This document shows positions 26,743 to 40,511 of a DNA stretch of 64,000 nucleotides, in pieces. A program made the translations under genes and the position numbers. Under the pieces are notes generated by a model. The model was given only the letters and a program-made list of their open reading frames with translations, had not been told where the DNA came from and made no database searches. Source of the DNA: Podarcis filfolensis (Eukaryota). Location of the stretch: assembly GCA_964270895.1 (NCBI GenBank), contig OZ185441.1, one strand, 5' to 3'. Position 1 is the stretch's first letter. Each line of letters opens with the position of its first letter.

Positions 26743-29332
26743 ATCCATTAGCAGATCACAGATTACAGGGGTCAGAAGAAACCCCTGCCCTAAGACCTTG
26801 TAGAGCTGCTATTTGTCAGAGAAAACTTACTGGGTAAGGTGGGCTTACTGCCTGCTTCAGTTAAGCAACCTCCGATGTTCGCTGATAAAACAGATCCTGG
26901 TGAGGTCATACAAATCAAAGAGCTAGTAATAAAACACAGCTCACACTAGCCACCTGCACCAAGCAAAGTCTTTCTTCCAGCTGTCTCAAGATTATCTTTG
27001 GCTGTCTTAAACGAAACTTGGAATGATACGTGTTCACAAAAACAAACTCTTCTGTCATCACCATCCTATGCAATGGTGACAGAACCTGTCCTGTCCTCTA
27101 ATTATGCAAAGGCTAGACAAATTCTATGCAAATTCAAAAGTAAATCCACTGGGTTCAATAGTCCTGCAGCAAACCACAATGAAGTCAATGGGACTCACTT
27201 ATGCGTAGTCATTATTCAATTATGCTGTGGATTTTTTACAGCTCCGTTTATAAATACAGTTACACAATTTTGAATAGAGGTTGTGGTATATTTCTGTTTA
27301 GATCTGAGTTGTTGTTGTTTTTAAGATTCAGCCATACTTAAGGGGCAGGAGGGAGCATTTGTCATTCATACATGAAAGTTTATTCAGGAAGACAACCTTG
27401 GCATAAACTATCAATAGAAAAATGAAATACAAGAGATTCCTTTCTCCCCAGTGCAAGCCACACATTAATGCCACAGAACTTAAGGGCTGATTCCTACATT
27501 GTGTGAAATGGACCTCCAGATAAAATGCTATCTGCAGGAGGCACTCATCTGCAGAGTGCACAGTTAAGTTGGGTATATAAGGCAATGACAGAGCAAGAAG
27601 GTGGAAGGTGAAAACATGGATACCAGAAACTGGGGAGTAATGTTGCCAGGTCCAGGCCCTAAAAAGGCTCCTATAAAATGAAAGACAGACTGAATTCTCT
27701 TCTGTGACTTCCCTGGTAATTTCAGCACTTTGAGAAGAAAATTGTACACAGTCTCTTCATAGGCATTATAGAAGTCCCTTCAAGATCTTGGCCTAGCAAC
27801 CAAGCAATGGAGGCACAGAGACATTGAGTAGGCTTCACATCACATCACTGAAAACTAGTCTACTCCACCTCTGCAATTGGACACTGAACATAATTTTTTT
27901 TCTCAGCATTCATATAGAGTAGAAATATTTTGCAAAACAGTAACCGATTCTCAGGAATTGCACTGCATGTTAAGAACATAGGGAGCTGCAACTCGCCATA
28001 TCAGACTATTTGTCAATCCAGATCAGCATTATCTTCTGTGACTAGAAACAGCTCTTCAGGGACATGGGCAAAGGTATTTTACATAATTTTCTACTTGATG
28101 CTTTTTACCTGGGATCGAACCAGGGATGTTATGAATGCTCTATCTCTGAATCCTCCCTGGTTCATTGTGCAGAAGATATGCAGCTCTGTAATTTAAGTGT
28201 CAGGGCTATTTAGCTACACTTGACAGGCATATTAAGCGACAATCCTATTTAGGCTGTCAAATTAATGTAAACTAAGGCACACAATATCTTCTGTGATTTT
28301 GCTGGCTGCTGTTTCCAGATCTAGGTCTGCAGAAACTGGAAATGTCAGTGGCTCAGCTGTACAAGATTTAGATGGAAAACATACACTTGAGTACTGACTG
28401 AAAAGGTCAGAACCTTGAAACAATGTTTCTCCAAAGCCTAATTTTGATGCCATTGAATAATTGCAAGAGCAAAACCCTTGCTACTTAGAAATATATGCTA
28501 CTATATGAACACAGGTCTAACCATATCTGATTGTAGCACTACCAGTTGTGCTACATACATCTAGCTTTTTACATTTGATTAATGTCACTACAAATAAATC
28601 TCTCCCAAAGAAGTGCCTTGCAAAATGAAATAGGAATATGTCTTCTATTCAGAAAGAGCTCAGTGACACAGCATCTCTGCATTCTCTCAATTGTCCTGTT
28701 TATGTTCCAAGTCTTTTCATTGCTCAATACCTCTGGGAAGCAAATAGCAAGTTAGTCTTCTTAATTCATTTTTGAGATGCTGCTGAATAGAGTTAGAGTG
28801 AAAAGAAACCAGTCATTGTTAAGGAAACCGCAGCTAAAGGAAGGAGAAAGAGAAATGGGCAGCCATAGACTGGCAGCTAGGAAGAATGGGACAATTAAGC
28901 GGGGCTTATGCTGGGCTGGCGTGTGAGCAGATATGTGCAAATGACATACCTGAAAGCGGCTACTTACGACAGAACCTATTCACATTGCATAGTCTTCATA
29001 CAACAAAATGAATCCACTATACCAGCCTTCCCCAGTCTGGAGCCTTCCAGAAGCTGCTGGATCAAACAAATTGGGCCCAAAGTACCTTAAGGATGATCTG
29101 ATCCCATGCTCCATCTTGATCATTGAGATCCTCTGATGGGGAATTAGGGTAGTTCAACACACTCCTGATTTTTTGTTGGCCTTTGCAAGGGACCAAGTCT
29201 TTAGTACTAGGCAGGGAAACCTGGTTTGGATTCCCAGTGGATAAGTTAAGTCCTAGAAAGAGCTGAGTGGTTGTTCTTGGTTAGAACACTGACAGCCATT
29301 CTAGGTGGGAAAAGTCTACCTCTGAGACTTGG

Positions 29333-29942
29333 TGTCATGAACTGGCAGGATGATGGGGAGAAGGAAGAAGGTTGGAGCCAGGACTGGGACACACTGGGGA
29401 AGCAGAGGATGGGGAACGAAGTACTCACAGGGTGACGGAGGTTGATGAGGGATTGGCGGTCAGTGCACAGAAACCAGAGCAGCAGAGCACATCACCAGAG
29501 CGGGCCCTGTCCCCACGAACACAGCAGACTCTGAGGCATTGGGAGCAGCAGATGGGGTGCTCTAGCAGGCTGAGGCAGGCAAGGGCCCACAGCCCAGTTC
29601 CCTAGCTGGCCAGGTGGGGCTTGCTAGCTCTGGGAGAACGTGTGTTCTTCTTCAGCTGGAGTAGGCTTGAAGCAGGTGAGGGTCACATGTCTCACCAAGC
29701 CCAGATGCTGCAATCAGCATGGAAAGTATAAAAGCTAAAGCAGAGCTGAGGGTCTGGGTCTGCTCAGTGATCCATGTTCCTGGCCCTTAGGGTACTGTGC
29801 TTTGGGTGTGACTCTGAACTGTATCCTGGCTGCTTCAGACTTGGTCTACAACTCTACATAGACTGTGTTTCTGGACCCTTGGACTTTGGATTTTAGACTT
29901 GGCATACTGACTTGCTGCAAGGTAGGCCAGGGTTTCAGGACA
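29333..29942 (+). mobile_element. Solo LTR, 610 bp, perfect 5-bp TSD
   Basis: TGTCA...GGACA termini; CTTGG at 29328-29332 and 29943-29947; TATAAAA at 29727-29733. Confidence 0.85.
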
Positions 29943-30048
29943 CTTGGTTTCAAACGAGTGCTGCTTAAAAGCTGCTCTGAAAAGAGTGTGTGTTTTAAAC
30001 TAAGTTTTGTTAAAACCTCAAAGAGTGCAATTAAATAAATGTACAGTA

Positions 30049-30220
30049 CAGGGGGTGACCATTTTGCACAGGCTTCCATTCTGGCCTCCTGGACACATTG
30101 GTGGAGTGTGCATAAGCCCGCCTCATTACGCCTGTCCCTGGTTTGCCCTTTTCCTGGTCCAAAAGGATCTGCATCAGTGGTCATGCACCAATTGGATGCA
30201 TGCAAAATGGTTGCCCCCTG
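30049..30220. mobile_element. MITE, 172 bp, TA-flanked
   Basis: TIR CAGGGGG(TG/CA)ACCATTTTGCA, 18/20 match; TA at 30047-30048 and 30221-30222. Confidence 0.75.
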
Positions 30221-30444
30221 TAGTGCCTCCTCATACTTTGAACCTCTGGGCAGGGAGTGGGCGATCACTGGATAGTCTTCACAGAAATATAGCTTTGTGA
30301 CTGTTAAACATAAAAGGTAGTACAAACAATTAATTTTTGACCTCTGCTGTGTGAATATGATGGGGGGGTGTTAATTATTGCACCCATTATATTAGCAGTG
30401 TCACCCAGCACCCATCTTCAGTGAGGCTGTCTGTAACAACTATA

Positions 30445-30644
30445 CAGTGGTACCTCAGGTTACATACACTTCAGGTTATAGACCCAGAAATAGTGCTTCA
30501 GGTTAAGAACTTTGCCTCAGGATGAGAACAGAGCGGCAGCAGCAGGAGGCCCCATTAGCTAAAGTGGTGCTTCAGGTTAAGAACAGTTTCAGGTTAAGAA
30601 CGGACCTCTGGAACGAATTAAGTACTTAACCCGAGGTACCATTG
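30445..30644 (+). mobile_element. pogo/Tigger-like MITE family A, copy 1 (internally deleted, 200 bp)
   Basis: TIR CAGTGGTACCTC(A/G)GGTTA, TA flanks; colinear with 48483-48708. Confidence 0.92.
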
Positions 30645-32316
30645 TATTGTGAAAGTAACTGTCCAGGTTTGATTTACATTAACCAAAGGGAAGCAATGCT
30701 AGTTTTCATTCTCTGGTTGTATTTTGCTCCGGTTGTAAATGCATACCACCCTGGAATATTATTTGGTTGGAAATCATTGTTGCTCAGTAATACGTCAGCA
30801 CATTTCAATTTACCAAGACCATGATCAAGTGCAGTCAAACTCACCCGTCCCCCCCAACTGTGAAGCAATTTATTTAAGGCCTCCTTGAAGGCTCTTTCAG
30901 TGGACCTCACACAAAGGCTTTCCAGCACATTTATTCTTGAGAGGTTGAGTCAGTCGCAAGGAAGTTTCACAATCCAATTTCTCCTTCCTTAAAGTAAGCC
31001 ATTGAAAAGGGCAAAAGTTCACACAACCCGCTACTGTGACCTAGCACTTGAAGCAGGATGTGCAAACAGCCAATGCAATAGTGACAGACTTGCTGCCTAT
31101 GCTGCCCAGTGTGGAAAAAAGCTTATTCACAGCATTACCTTATTTACCTGTCATTTCAGAAGCAATCGGTGAGACTACGTAGAGGGGAGAAGAGCTTCAG
31201 AGCACAGTTTTCTTTAGTATTGCCTCTCTATTGGCAATGTTTAAAATTTAAAAAGTTGAATAAACATTTATACTTCCTCTTTAATGCAATATGCTGAAAG
31301 GACAAGTTGTCATCAGCTTTGACTATAACTATAAAACATAATTTGTTCATGGTTTTTATATTATTAAGGACAGACTTGCGTGCTCAAGTCTGGACTTTCA
31401 CAATAAGAGGAAAGTGAGATAATGAATTTAAAAGAATGCATTAGGACTCCGTTAGATGCCAGAAAGAATATGCTAATACACCCATTTCATCCTTTCCTTT
31501 AAATAAACAAAGGGATTCCTTTGTGATGTCATAAAATATTCCCTGTGGGATTTGCAGAATGTTTGTAGATACTGTGCTACTGAAATAGAAGCTCATAAAC
31601 AAGCATTTGATTTATGTCATTCCTTTGGAAATTTAATAATATTTTTTCCCCTTGGAATGGAATTTTGGCATATTTTACATTATGTTTAGTATTATTAAAC
31701 ACATCCCACAGGAAAGCATTATTGGCCGTGAAAGCTTGCAATTCATCACAGATACTTTCTGCATACAAGAGTGCCCTCTAGATATGGCACAATATTGCCA
31801 TATGCAATAACATGTCTAGAGCATGAGACTAAACTAAAAGGTATCAATTTCAAGAGTTACTGAAAACCAATATACATAATGGGTTGCATCCATTGGCAGT
31901 GGGTGGCCATTTAATCTGGTGAGTTGGAGGCAGGCCCTATCACACAATCTGTCTGTCCCTCTGTGTGTGTCTTTCTTTCCTGACACACACTTTTTCTATC
32001 CTCCCTAGTGCTAGCACACACTCATGTGCACGTGTGCACACACACAAACACACACGGGAGGAGAAGTGACAGTGAGTTGGCAGTAAACCACACTGTTCAA
32101 GTTGGAATTAACTCTTTACTAGCAAGAACACAATCAAGCAATAGGGAAATGTGCCTGCACAAAGCCAATATTTTCATGCCTATTCTGGTTCTGGGAGACA
32201 AGGGGAGGGGAGCCTGTCACAGTAGGAGGGGGAGATACCCAGCCTGGCTCATCTCTGCCTCTTGGCCTTCCTCATCTCACTCTCCTGCTTCAGCGTCTGC
32301 CTCTGATTCTAGACTA

Positions 32317-32531
32317 CAGTGGTACCTTGGGTTAAGAACTTAATTCGTTCTGGAGGTCCGTTCTTAACCTGAAACTGCTCTTAACCTGAGACACCACTTT
32401 AGCTAATGGGGCTTCCAGCTGCCGCCACACGATTTCTGTTCTCATCCTGAAGCAAAGTTCTTAACCTGAGGTATTATTTCTGGGTTAGCAGAGTCTGTAA
32501 CCTGAAGCGTCTGTAACCTGAGGTACCGCTG
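32317..32531 (-). mobile_element. pogo/Tigger-like MITE family A, copy 2 (215 bp)
   Basis: Same TIRs, TA flanks, opposite orientation to copy 1. Confidence 0.92.
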
Positions 32532-32609
32532 TACTCTCTGCCACAGCCTCTGCCTGCTTACTAAACCCTGCTACCTCTTCAGCTTCCAACACCTCCTTCT
32601 CCTAGTCAT

Positions 32610-33054
32610 TGTTGGAGATTCATTCCCTGTGTCTGCAGTCATGGGATTGTTGTCTATCACATGACGGTGTATGTTTTCATTCCACAGTGTGGGAAGTGAC
32701 GGAGACAGGATGTTTGTGTTACTATGTTCCATGAAGTGGGACTATTGTCCTTTGTTCTTTTCTCTCTTTGCTGTCTGATGAGAAAGAGGCAGGAGCTAAG
32801 TCAGAAAGCTCCGAGTGTATTATATGTAAATAAACGTAGATTAGCCAAAATGCTGTGCTATTGAGTCTCTTATGCAAACTGTGAAGACTCTATGTATCCC
32901 TAAGTGTGCCAATGTCTGTTGTCATCAGTAGCTGTGATGTTCAAGCAGAAGAAAGCTTTTGAAGCTCCCAAACGATTGACCAGGAGGGAGAGAACATGCC
33001 AGTTGGGCATGTGTCTCTGCCAGGGTCCTACATGAGAGGAGGACGCTCCTAACA
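32610..33054 (+). mobile_element. Solo LTR, 445 bp, 5-bp TSD with one mismatch
   Basis: TGTTGGAG...CTCCTAACA inverted termini; GTCAT left and GTCGT right; AATAAA at 32829-32834. Confidence 0.8.
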
Positions 33055-34844
33055 GTCGTCCCCCTCTTCTCCCTCTGAAAGCTCATCATCAGCCTACAAT
33101 CACTCCCCTGGCTCTGAGCCTTCTTCCCTCGGTAATTCCCTAACTGGTTCCACCCACCATCCCTCTGCATCCAACCGGTCCATGACCTGAAGCTAGAGTC
33201 TACGAGGAGGAAAATAATAAAGCTAGGGAAGGAGAGCATTTATATAGTTCCTGGTCACCAAATTGCACAGAAGCAAACCAGAGGAGCTGCTTGGGGAAGG
33301 ACAGCCTCCCCTTCTTCCCTGAGCAAATCGCATCCTTTTTTCTGTGGCAACAAATATAACATCTCTCGTTTAGACCAGTTTTCAAAAGAAAAGCTTTCCT
33401 CAAGGCTTGTTCTCTGCCAGAGTGAATTGCAGCTGACTTGGTCTCTTTAAACCTCATCAGTGCCATCTTTTATTTCAGTCAGATTCAGTCTTCCATTTCC
33501 CTTCTTTCTACTGCTGTCTGCATTTATATATTTTTCTACTAAAGTTGTGCTCAGGTTAATAAAAGTGAAGCTTGATTTACAGGAAAGTGTAGATGGATAG
33601 ATGTTTAGTTGACATGTTAAGGCCAGACTAAATACCAAATATTCAAGTTCTTCTAGCTTTATGAAAGACTGGGTGTATAAGAGTGTGTCAGAGGGGAAAG
33701 TAGCATTGTGACATTAAAGGAACAAAGGTGCAGTATAAAGTTATGTAAGACAGCTCGCTTACACAAACTGGTAGATAATAAAATGAATGAGGGTTAAAGG
33801 GTTCGCTATGTGCTTTTAGCAGAGTCCTCTAAGAGATACAATGTACATGTGGTTTTCATTTGGCATCTGCCAAGAAAGAGCTAGGCTAGCACAGTTGCTA
33901 GAAGTGTCTATGTGCTTTAATGCATTTTCTGTTGTGTTAGTTGTCATTAGAGACCTCTTTTTCCTTGTAAAATACAGTAGGATCAAAAAAGGGCAGACAT
34001 CTTTTACTGGGCATTGCATTCAAACTCATTGGTCCTTAGTTGCTTTTTAATGACATGTGAGAGGGTAACTTTTGATTGGTTAAAGAAAATAACATAGCAG
34101 CAACTAAAGGAAATAACTGGTATTTCAACATAATTAGAGAAGGACTGTTTCCTTTGCTATTTATAATTGACCCTATCCATGAGGACTCAAGACAAGTAAT
34201 TGAAAGAGCAGGACTCTGGCTGTATTAAATGCCAGGCATGTGTTCATGGAATGCATACAAGGTGCCGCTGATGATGAAAAATTAAATACTCAATAAACCA
34301 GGCATGGAGTGGAAATAAAGCTTCTTTTATTATAACGCTCGGACAGCTGTTACAAACCAAATGCATTCTCCTGACATGTAAGTGGAACCTTGGTACAATC
34401 TAGTTGGGACATTCCTTTTAGCTATGCACTAGCAAAAATAAGAAGTATTTCCTAGAAGCCGTTTTGCAAAAACAGTGTGTACAGCTAACTAATGGAAGCT
34501 ATACAAATATCCAACAGCAGCTGGCATGGTGGGTCAGAGATACTCAGAGCTCCCTCCTGACACCAGTATTGCTACAGCAATGGATGGAGCAGCTCTGCCC
34601 ACTCCAGTCTCATCCAGGTAGGGTGAAGCAGCACCAGTCTTGGGATGGTGGGTCTGCCCCATCACACTGGCTGCTACTGCAATATTAACAGATGTTGGCA
34701 ATGGCCCATCTCAGAAACCAAGGGTCACTTGGAGACTGCACTCCTACACATAGAAGTCTCATTGTGCACAACGTGGCTTAACCCCAGGAAAACAAGTGCA
34801 CACAAGATTGCAACCTATTCCCCCCCCCCCAGTAGTACAGTATT

Positions 34845-35000
34845 CTGAGGAACTCTGGGATTCCTCAGTTAAAAGCTGAATAGTGGAAGACAATCTGCCT
34901 TAAGGGCTTTCCGCAGGCATCTGGTTAGCCACTGTGAACAGGATGCTGGACTAAATGGGCCTTTTGAATGGCTCCAGCAGGGCTCTTTTTAGGTTCTGAT
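34845..35000 (+). mobile_element. L2/CR1-class LINE 3' end
   Basis: aggatgctggactaaatgggcc...ccagcagggctctttttaggttct tail motif; reverse copy near 48140-48210. Confidence 0.55.
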
Positions 35001-35929
35001 AGTGGAATGAGCTGTGTTTTCTTGAAGGACAACTTTCCTTCCGTCATTCATCTCTCCTTGCAGTGCACAGCTGCAGAGGATTGTTGGATATGTTCTGGAA
35101 CATTCAGTTTCCACAAGCCAATAGGCCAAGCCAGTGAATCAATAACACATCCTAAACCATCCTCGAGACTTTTCTGCGGTTATGCAGCAGATGTGTAAGA
35201 ATTTGTCAGCAGATCAAAAAATCTGGAAAAGTGGTTTTCTGTAGACCGAAAATGTGAAAACCACTTCTGTACAGTATTATGTTCCCTTCTATTACTATAT
35301 AATCCCCTTGTAGGAAATATATAAATGTTTTAAGTCTTTCTTTCTTTTTTACACTGGGCACAGCCAAGCCACAGTGAAGCCTTCGGAAGTCCTGATTTCA
35401 AAGGGAAAGTTAACCCTCTCGTGCATAAATGAATCTGATTTCGAAGCACTTTGCTTTAGCTGAATTATGTCCATGGTTTATTGTATTTTACAGTCTTGTT
35501 TTGGTGCTATTGGTAGGGAACTCTGTAAATAAGTCACTATTACTGCTACTCATTCAGAGATATACAAAAGTTCATACCCATTACAAGTATCCTTTTATAA
35601 TACCCTGAAATAAATCAGCTACTTAATCTAAAAAAGAACAAAGGCATAAATAAGAAAAGAGAAAGAAGAGAATGCGAAAGAAAAAAAAATAAAGAATGAT
35701 AAAGACAAAGACTTCAGATTCATTGTCCTGCAGCTAAATATAGTACCCACTCATTAAGAGCCAACCATTCTATCCTCTGTAAACCAGTATTTTTTCAATC
35801 TTCAAATCACTGTGCTACAAGTTCATTTTCTCTTTCATGCAAGAAGTCAGTAAGAAGTTTCCAGTCCTGAATAAATGTCAACAATTATTTGCCATCTCAG
35901 CCTAGTTTAATAATTTTATCAGCCAGGGC

Positions 35930-36130
35930 TGTATTTTTTCATCTTTGTGCATATAATAATCCTGGCGCTGTAATCACACGTTGGAGTAATCTTCTATAAT
36001 TCTTTTCTAGTTCTGTATCCATTAACCCTAAAAGAAAGAGTTCTAGCTTCAATTGAATATTAACCTTTAAAATCTGCTGTATCAATGTACGCATTTGTAG
36101 CCGATATATTTTAGCCTTTTTACATGTCCA
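35930..36130 (-). mobile_element. L1 LINE ORF2 C-terminal fragment
   Basis: Peptide WTCKKAKIY...IQQILKVNIQLKLELFLLGLMD...ITAPGLLYAQR resembles the L1 C-terminal WW.C.K...FW...I..IL......PE.FLLG...TAAR.LYAQ.WK. Confidence 0.7.
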
Positions 36131-39023
36131 CCTTGGAAGTACCATTCCTTATTGGCAAACACATTTCTTGCCACTGGTCAGTGTCTGAAATTATTCTTGC
36201 ACAAAATCTTGATTGGGCAGCACAGGCTCTGGATGTACAACATTGATTTAGCTTGACTGCTTTCTTAGTATTGACCTGTAGGTTCCCTGGTGAATTCCAA
36301 GTACCATTAGAAACAACTTTTCAGAGCATCAAATGAAAAGGGAGTTTTGTTTACAAAAAGCAGCTGTTGCCACGCAGGTTTAGGTTAGGACCATGGTGCA
36401 GGAACGAAATCCAATCATTTGCTCCCATACTAGTTCCAGAAGCAGGCCCATAAGCCTTCTCTTCCATATGTTCCCCAATCTTTCATAGCCATGCAATCAG
36501 GGGACATGGGAGAGATATGCCTCCCCTCCCTCCTCTCTGGACCATGTATTTAATCAGGTTTTAGGACTTTGTGGTCAGGGGTAGGATGGAGAAGGAGACA
36601 TTTATAGGCTGTCTGGGAGCATCCTTCTGCTCCACACTGTTTCTTGCTGCCAGACCATCTCCCCCCCCCCTTTGAAAGACCTAGATCACTCTGGATGGAC
36701 CTGACCTGACCCAGAGTAATCTGGGACTGCTGAGAGTTCTTGTCCTATGTTATTTAACCCAAAGATGCTGAGGATTGGTACATAAATAGGGGTGTCCCTG
36801 CTTGAAAGGGGGAAAGTAGCAGCATAGAGCAAAGCACCAGCAAGAAGAATGAAATCAACAATAATATAACTAATAAATAAATCAGAATTGATGTAATGTT
36901 TGTGAAACCAGTGGAATGTTTGTCACACATAATACAGTAGGTGTGAGCTCCTGCAACATTTTTTTCTCACATTTGTGCATAAGTTATGGTAAACCATTCT
37001 TTTTTGGGGATTTTGTAGGATTGCAATGACCAAGCTACCCTGGGACGAGAGCTCACTAGCTTGGTTATCTTTATAGGCTTTGAGTTCTCACATGTTCTTG
37101 GCTTAATTTCTATCCTTGGTGACTATTTTTGGCAGGGTGAATTAAATGTTAAGGTGGTTGGAGTGAGTGTCAAAAGTGTCCCACAATGGATTGAGATCAT
37201 GAGCACATCAGATGCTTCACTAACATTATTTGCAGTGGTGTGCTAGAGTTTTATACATTCTATTAACACGTCTCTTATAGGTTTTGAGTGCCTCGTCTTA
37301 GTAAGGAAGACAGGTCATGCTATACTTTCCTGCTACAGAATGTAAAGGTGACTACTGTTCAGCTGAAGTTAAGTTCTGTATACAAAAATATAACAAGGGA
37401 GAAGGATTGCAACACCTAATAGAAGATATAAGGATAAATTCTGAAGAGCTCTTATGACTAAACCTAATGTAATTTACAAGAAGGATTGCCTTCAGGGAAT
37501 GAATGGTAGATGCTTGGGTATTAGAAGGGGGAGAATAGCAACCGATATTTGGATTACTTGAACCTTTGTTTTACAAAATGTCTGGAGGAGTTTTAGAGAG
37601 CTCTCATGCCTATGCCTCTTACTTAGTGCCCCAAGACAGATTGTGCTCATAGAATGAAATAAATGAGAATTCCATGTGGACATAAGTGACATCCTGCACT
37701 AGGTTCAATACAAAAGAAACAAGATCCTCTTTGAAATGGTGAGGTGACCATCCAGAAATGACAGCTGAGTAATTTGCCTTGTGATTACCTACTCATGTGA
37801 GTCATAGAGCATGATGCACACAAAACATTACTCATGTTTGAAAATCAATGGGTACAAAAATAAAGAGAAGAATTCTAAAGCCAGATAAGACCCAGCTTTG
37901 CCAAGGCAAATCATACCACGCCCTCCATTCTCCAATCTGCAAAGACTAGTAGTGTTATAACAATGAACATGAAAAGCTGATAGAGTACTGTAAGTGTAAT
38001 AATAAAGCGGTTGCTGCTACTAATTATTTTTAATTAAATAATAATTTTACACCACAGTTCCATATTAACAAACCCTGGCGCACATTATCTCAAGTAAGCC
38101 TTTTAATACATCTCAACCATTTGTGGGTTTGCAAATTACAACAGCAATTTGGACACAGGACAGAATCTTCAGCACTTCCTCCTATGCCCTCTTGGCCAGA
38201 GGAAACGGCCCTTTTGCCATCAGTATCTGAAGATGAGCAGTATCTCCAACATTCCCATCTTGTAAAAGGTTGTGATTACAGAACAAGGGATCCTGCCCCT
38301 TGTCCAGGCAGCTCCCACAGAAGGGCAGGTCTTTCCAGCTTTCACAAGGCTCCAAGCAGCATCTCTGCTATGGCAACATCTCTTTATTACCCACAATGAA
38401 GAGTGGGAGGAAGGGCTATAGGCAGCAGAACTCACTGGGAGCTATCCATGGTTCTGATAGGGCTGCCTGAAACTGGACATACCCTGCCATGTCAAGCTAT
38501 AAGTTTCTTTTATATACAACCTTGTAAATATGTCTTGTATGTTACAAACTTTTTGTGGGGTTTTTTAGTCAGTGTTTCAGTTCAAAGAAGCACTGTACCA
38601 AAAAAGTGCATGCCCGTGCACTTAGAAATTGCATGCCTATTTGTTTGCAAAGGAAGGCCTCCACAAGTCAGCCCACCTTTTCTACGAGATCCACCAAAAC
38701 CGCTCCCCAGTCTGCACAAAGTCCTACGCCACCAACCACTTCCCCAAAAGGATGGCATTGAAGACAGACTTCTGTTTGAGCTGCTCCCTGACTTCTGTCT
38801 GTGACAATAAAGGGAATGTAACTCACTTGTTAAAACTCGTCTGCTTGTAACAAATTTAATAGCCATCAGTAAGCACAAACTGGTTGTGCCTACATGTGAG
38901 TGTGGAATAATGAGGTTAAGCTAATGGAAACTTCAATCGGAGCATCTCTCTTAAGTTCCCACCCTTTGCAGGAAGCTGCTGTCTCCTGGATGAATTTAGA
39001 GCTGATTTCATTGTGCATTGATT

Positions 39024-39367
39024 AAAGGTAAAGGGACCCCTGACCGTTAGGTCCAGTCGCGGATGACTCTGGGGTTGCAGCGCTCATCTCACTTCCCTGG
39101 CCAAGGGAGCCTTCCAGGTACAGCTTCCGGGTCATGTGTACAGCTTCCAGGTCATGTGGCCAGCAGTGCACAGAAACGCCATTTATTTTCCCACCAGAGT
39201 GGTACCTATTTATCTACTTGCACTTTGACATGCTTTCGAACTGCTAGGTGGCAGGAGCATGGACTGAGCAATGGGAGCTCACCCTGTCACGGGGTTTTGA
39301 ACCACCGACCTTCTGATAGGCAAGCCCTAGGCTCTGTGGTTTAGACCACAGCGCCACCAGCGTCCCA
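39024..39367 (-). mobile_element. Sauria SINE, full length, 10-bp TSD
   Basis: Minus head GGGACGCTGGTGGCGCTGTGGTCTAAACC (A box) and GGTTCAAAAC (B box), 3' ...CCCTTTACCTTT; TGCATTGATT at 39014-39023 and 39368-39377. Confidence 0.9.
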
Positions 39368-39464
39368 TGCATTGATTGGCATCTGAATAACAGTACAATC
39401 AAATTCTCTCCTCCCCTGCCCATTGCTCCAGTTCAAATACTCTCGGTATGAGGCAGCAGACTCT

Positions 39465-39590
39465 TTCCTTGGAGGTTTATAAGCAGAGACTGGATGGTCG
39501 TCTATCATGTATGATCTGGTTGAGATTCTTCATTGCTGGGGGTTAGACTAGATGGCCACTGGGATCCCTTCCAACTCTGGAATGGTATGA
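39465..39590 (+). mobile_element. CR1 LINE 3' end
   Basis: tccttggaggtttataagcagagactggatgg...gggttagactagatggcc...cccttccaactct...atga. Confidence 0.75.
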
Positions 39591-40293
39591 CTGGCAAGTT
39601 ATAGCCCTTCATATGTCACTATAGAAATGGCACACATGCAGGCCAGCACTTCTACTACCCCAAGCATTTAAAATAGTTTGTAGTTTACTGTGAGGCTATT
39701 AGTGTGACATGAGAATAGCTGTTATACCCCCATGGGTATGAATTTTTATTTCAGAGCCAAGGCTTTAAAGGTAGTGTATGCAAGGGAATGTATTCGTTGT
39801 GACACTTAACAGTGTTATTTGCATTCTGTTGGTGAGAAAATTCTACGGGTTCAATAACATAAGTTAATGATTTTCATTTGCTTTTATGCAATACATGGGC
39901 TGGATTTTGTTCATGGGTGCTGCTAGTGTACTTTCTCCTGGAGCTTGAGACACAACATAGAACAGACTGTCTCCTTTTCAAAATGGCCTTGATTTTCTGT
40001 GGTGAGCCGTTACATGTCAACAGTTTACCACAGAGACAAATGCTACGTCATGTGAAGCAGCCTTTGTCTTGCAGCTGTGATGTGCGCAGCAATCTTAACT
40101 TCAGTCATTTTGGCTCCTCGCTCGACTTCATTGGCTCCTTTTCTTTACCTTGACACTATAATGATATGACTCCTGACTTGGCTACTAGGCTTGCTCATGA
40201 AACTGCCAAAATGTACTATATAGACTGGGAAGGAACAACACGGTTTCTCACTACAGCTTGCTTTCACATGTTACACCCTAAAGATGTCTTATA

Positions 40294-40511
40294 CAGTGGT
40301 ACCTCGGGTGAAGAACTTAATTTGTTCTGGAGGTCCGTTCTTATCCTGAAACTGTTCTTGACTTGAGGTACCACTTTAGCTAATGGAGCCTCCTGCTGCC
40401 GCCGGAGCACGATTTCTGTTCTCATCCTGAAGCAAAGTTCTTAACCCGAGGTACTATTTCTGGGTTAGCCGAGTCTGTAACCTTAAGCGTCTGTAACCCG
40501 AGGTACCACTG
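40294..40511 (-). mobile_element. pogo/Tigger-like MITE family A, copy 3 (218 bp)
   Basis: TIR CAGTGGTACCTCGGGT matches at both ends; TA flanks. Confidence 0.93.

Noticed and set aside
29846-30325. 159-aa ORF, the longest outside RB1CC1
   Set aside because: It crosses a MITE and the end of a solo LTR, so it is a chimera of repeats.
38403-38878. Several overlapping open frames (133, 98, 73, 68 aa)
   Set aside because: No recognisable homology or splice context; consistent with chance in a locally GC-richer patch.
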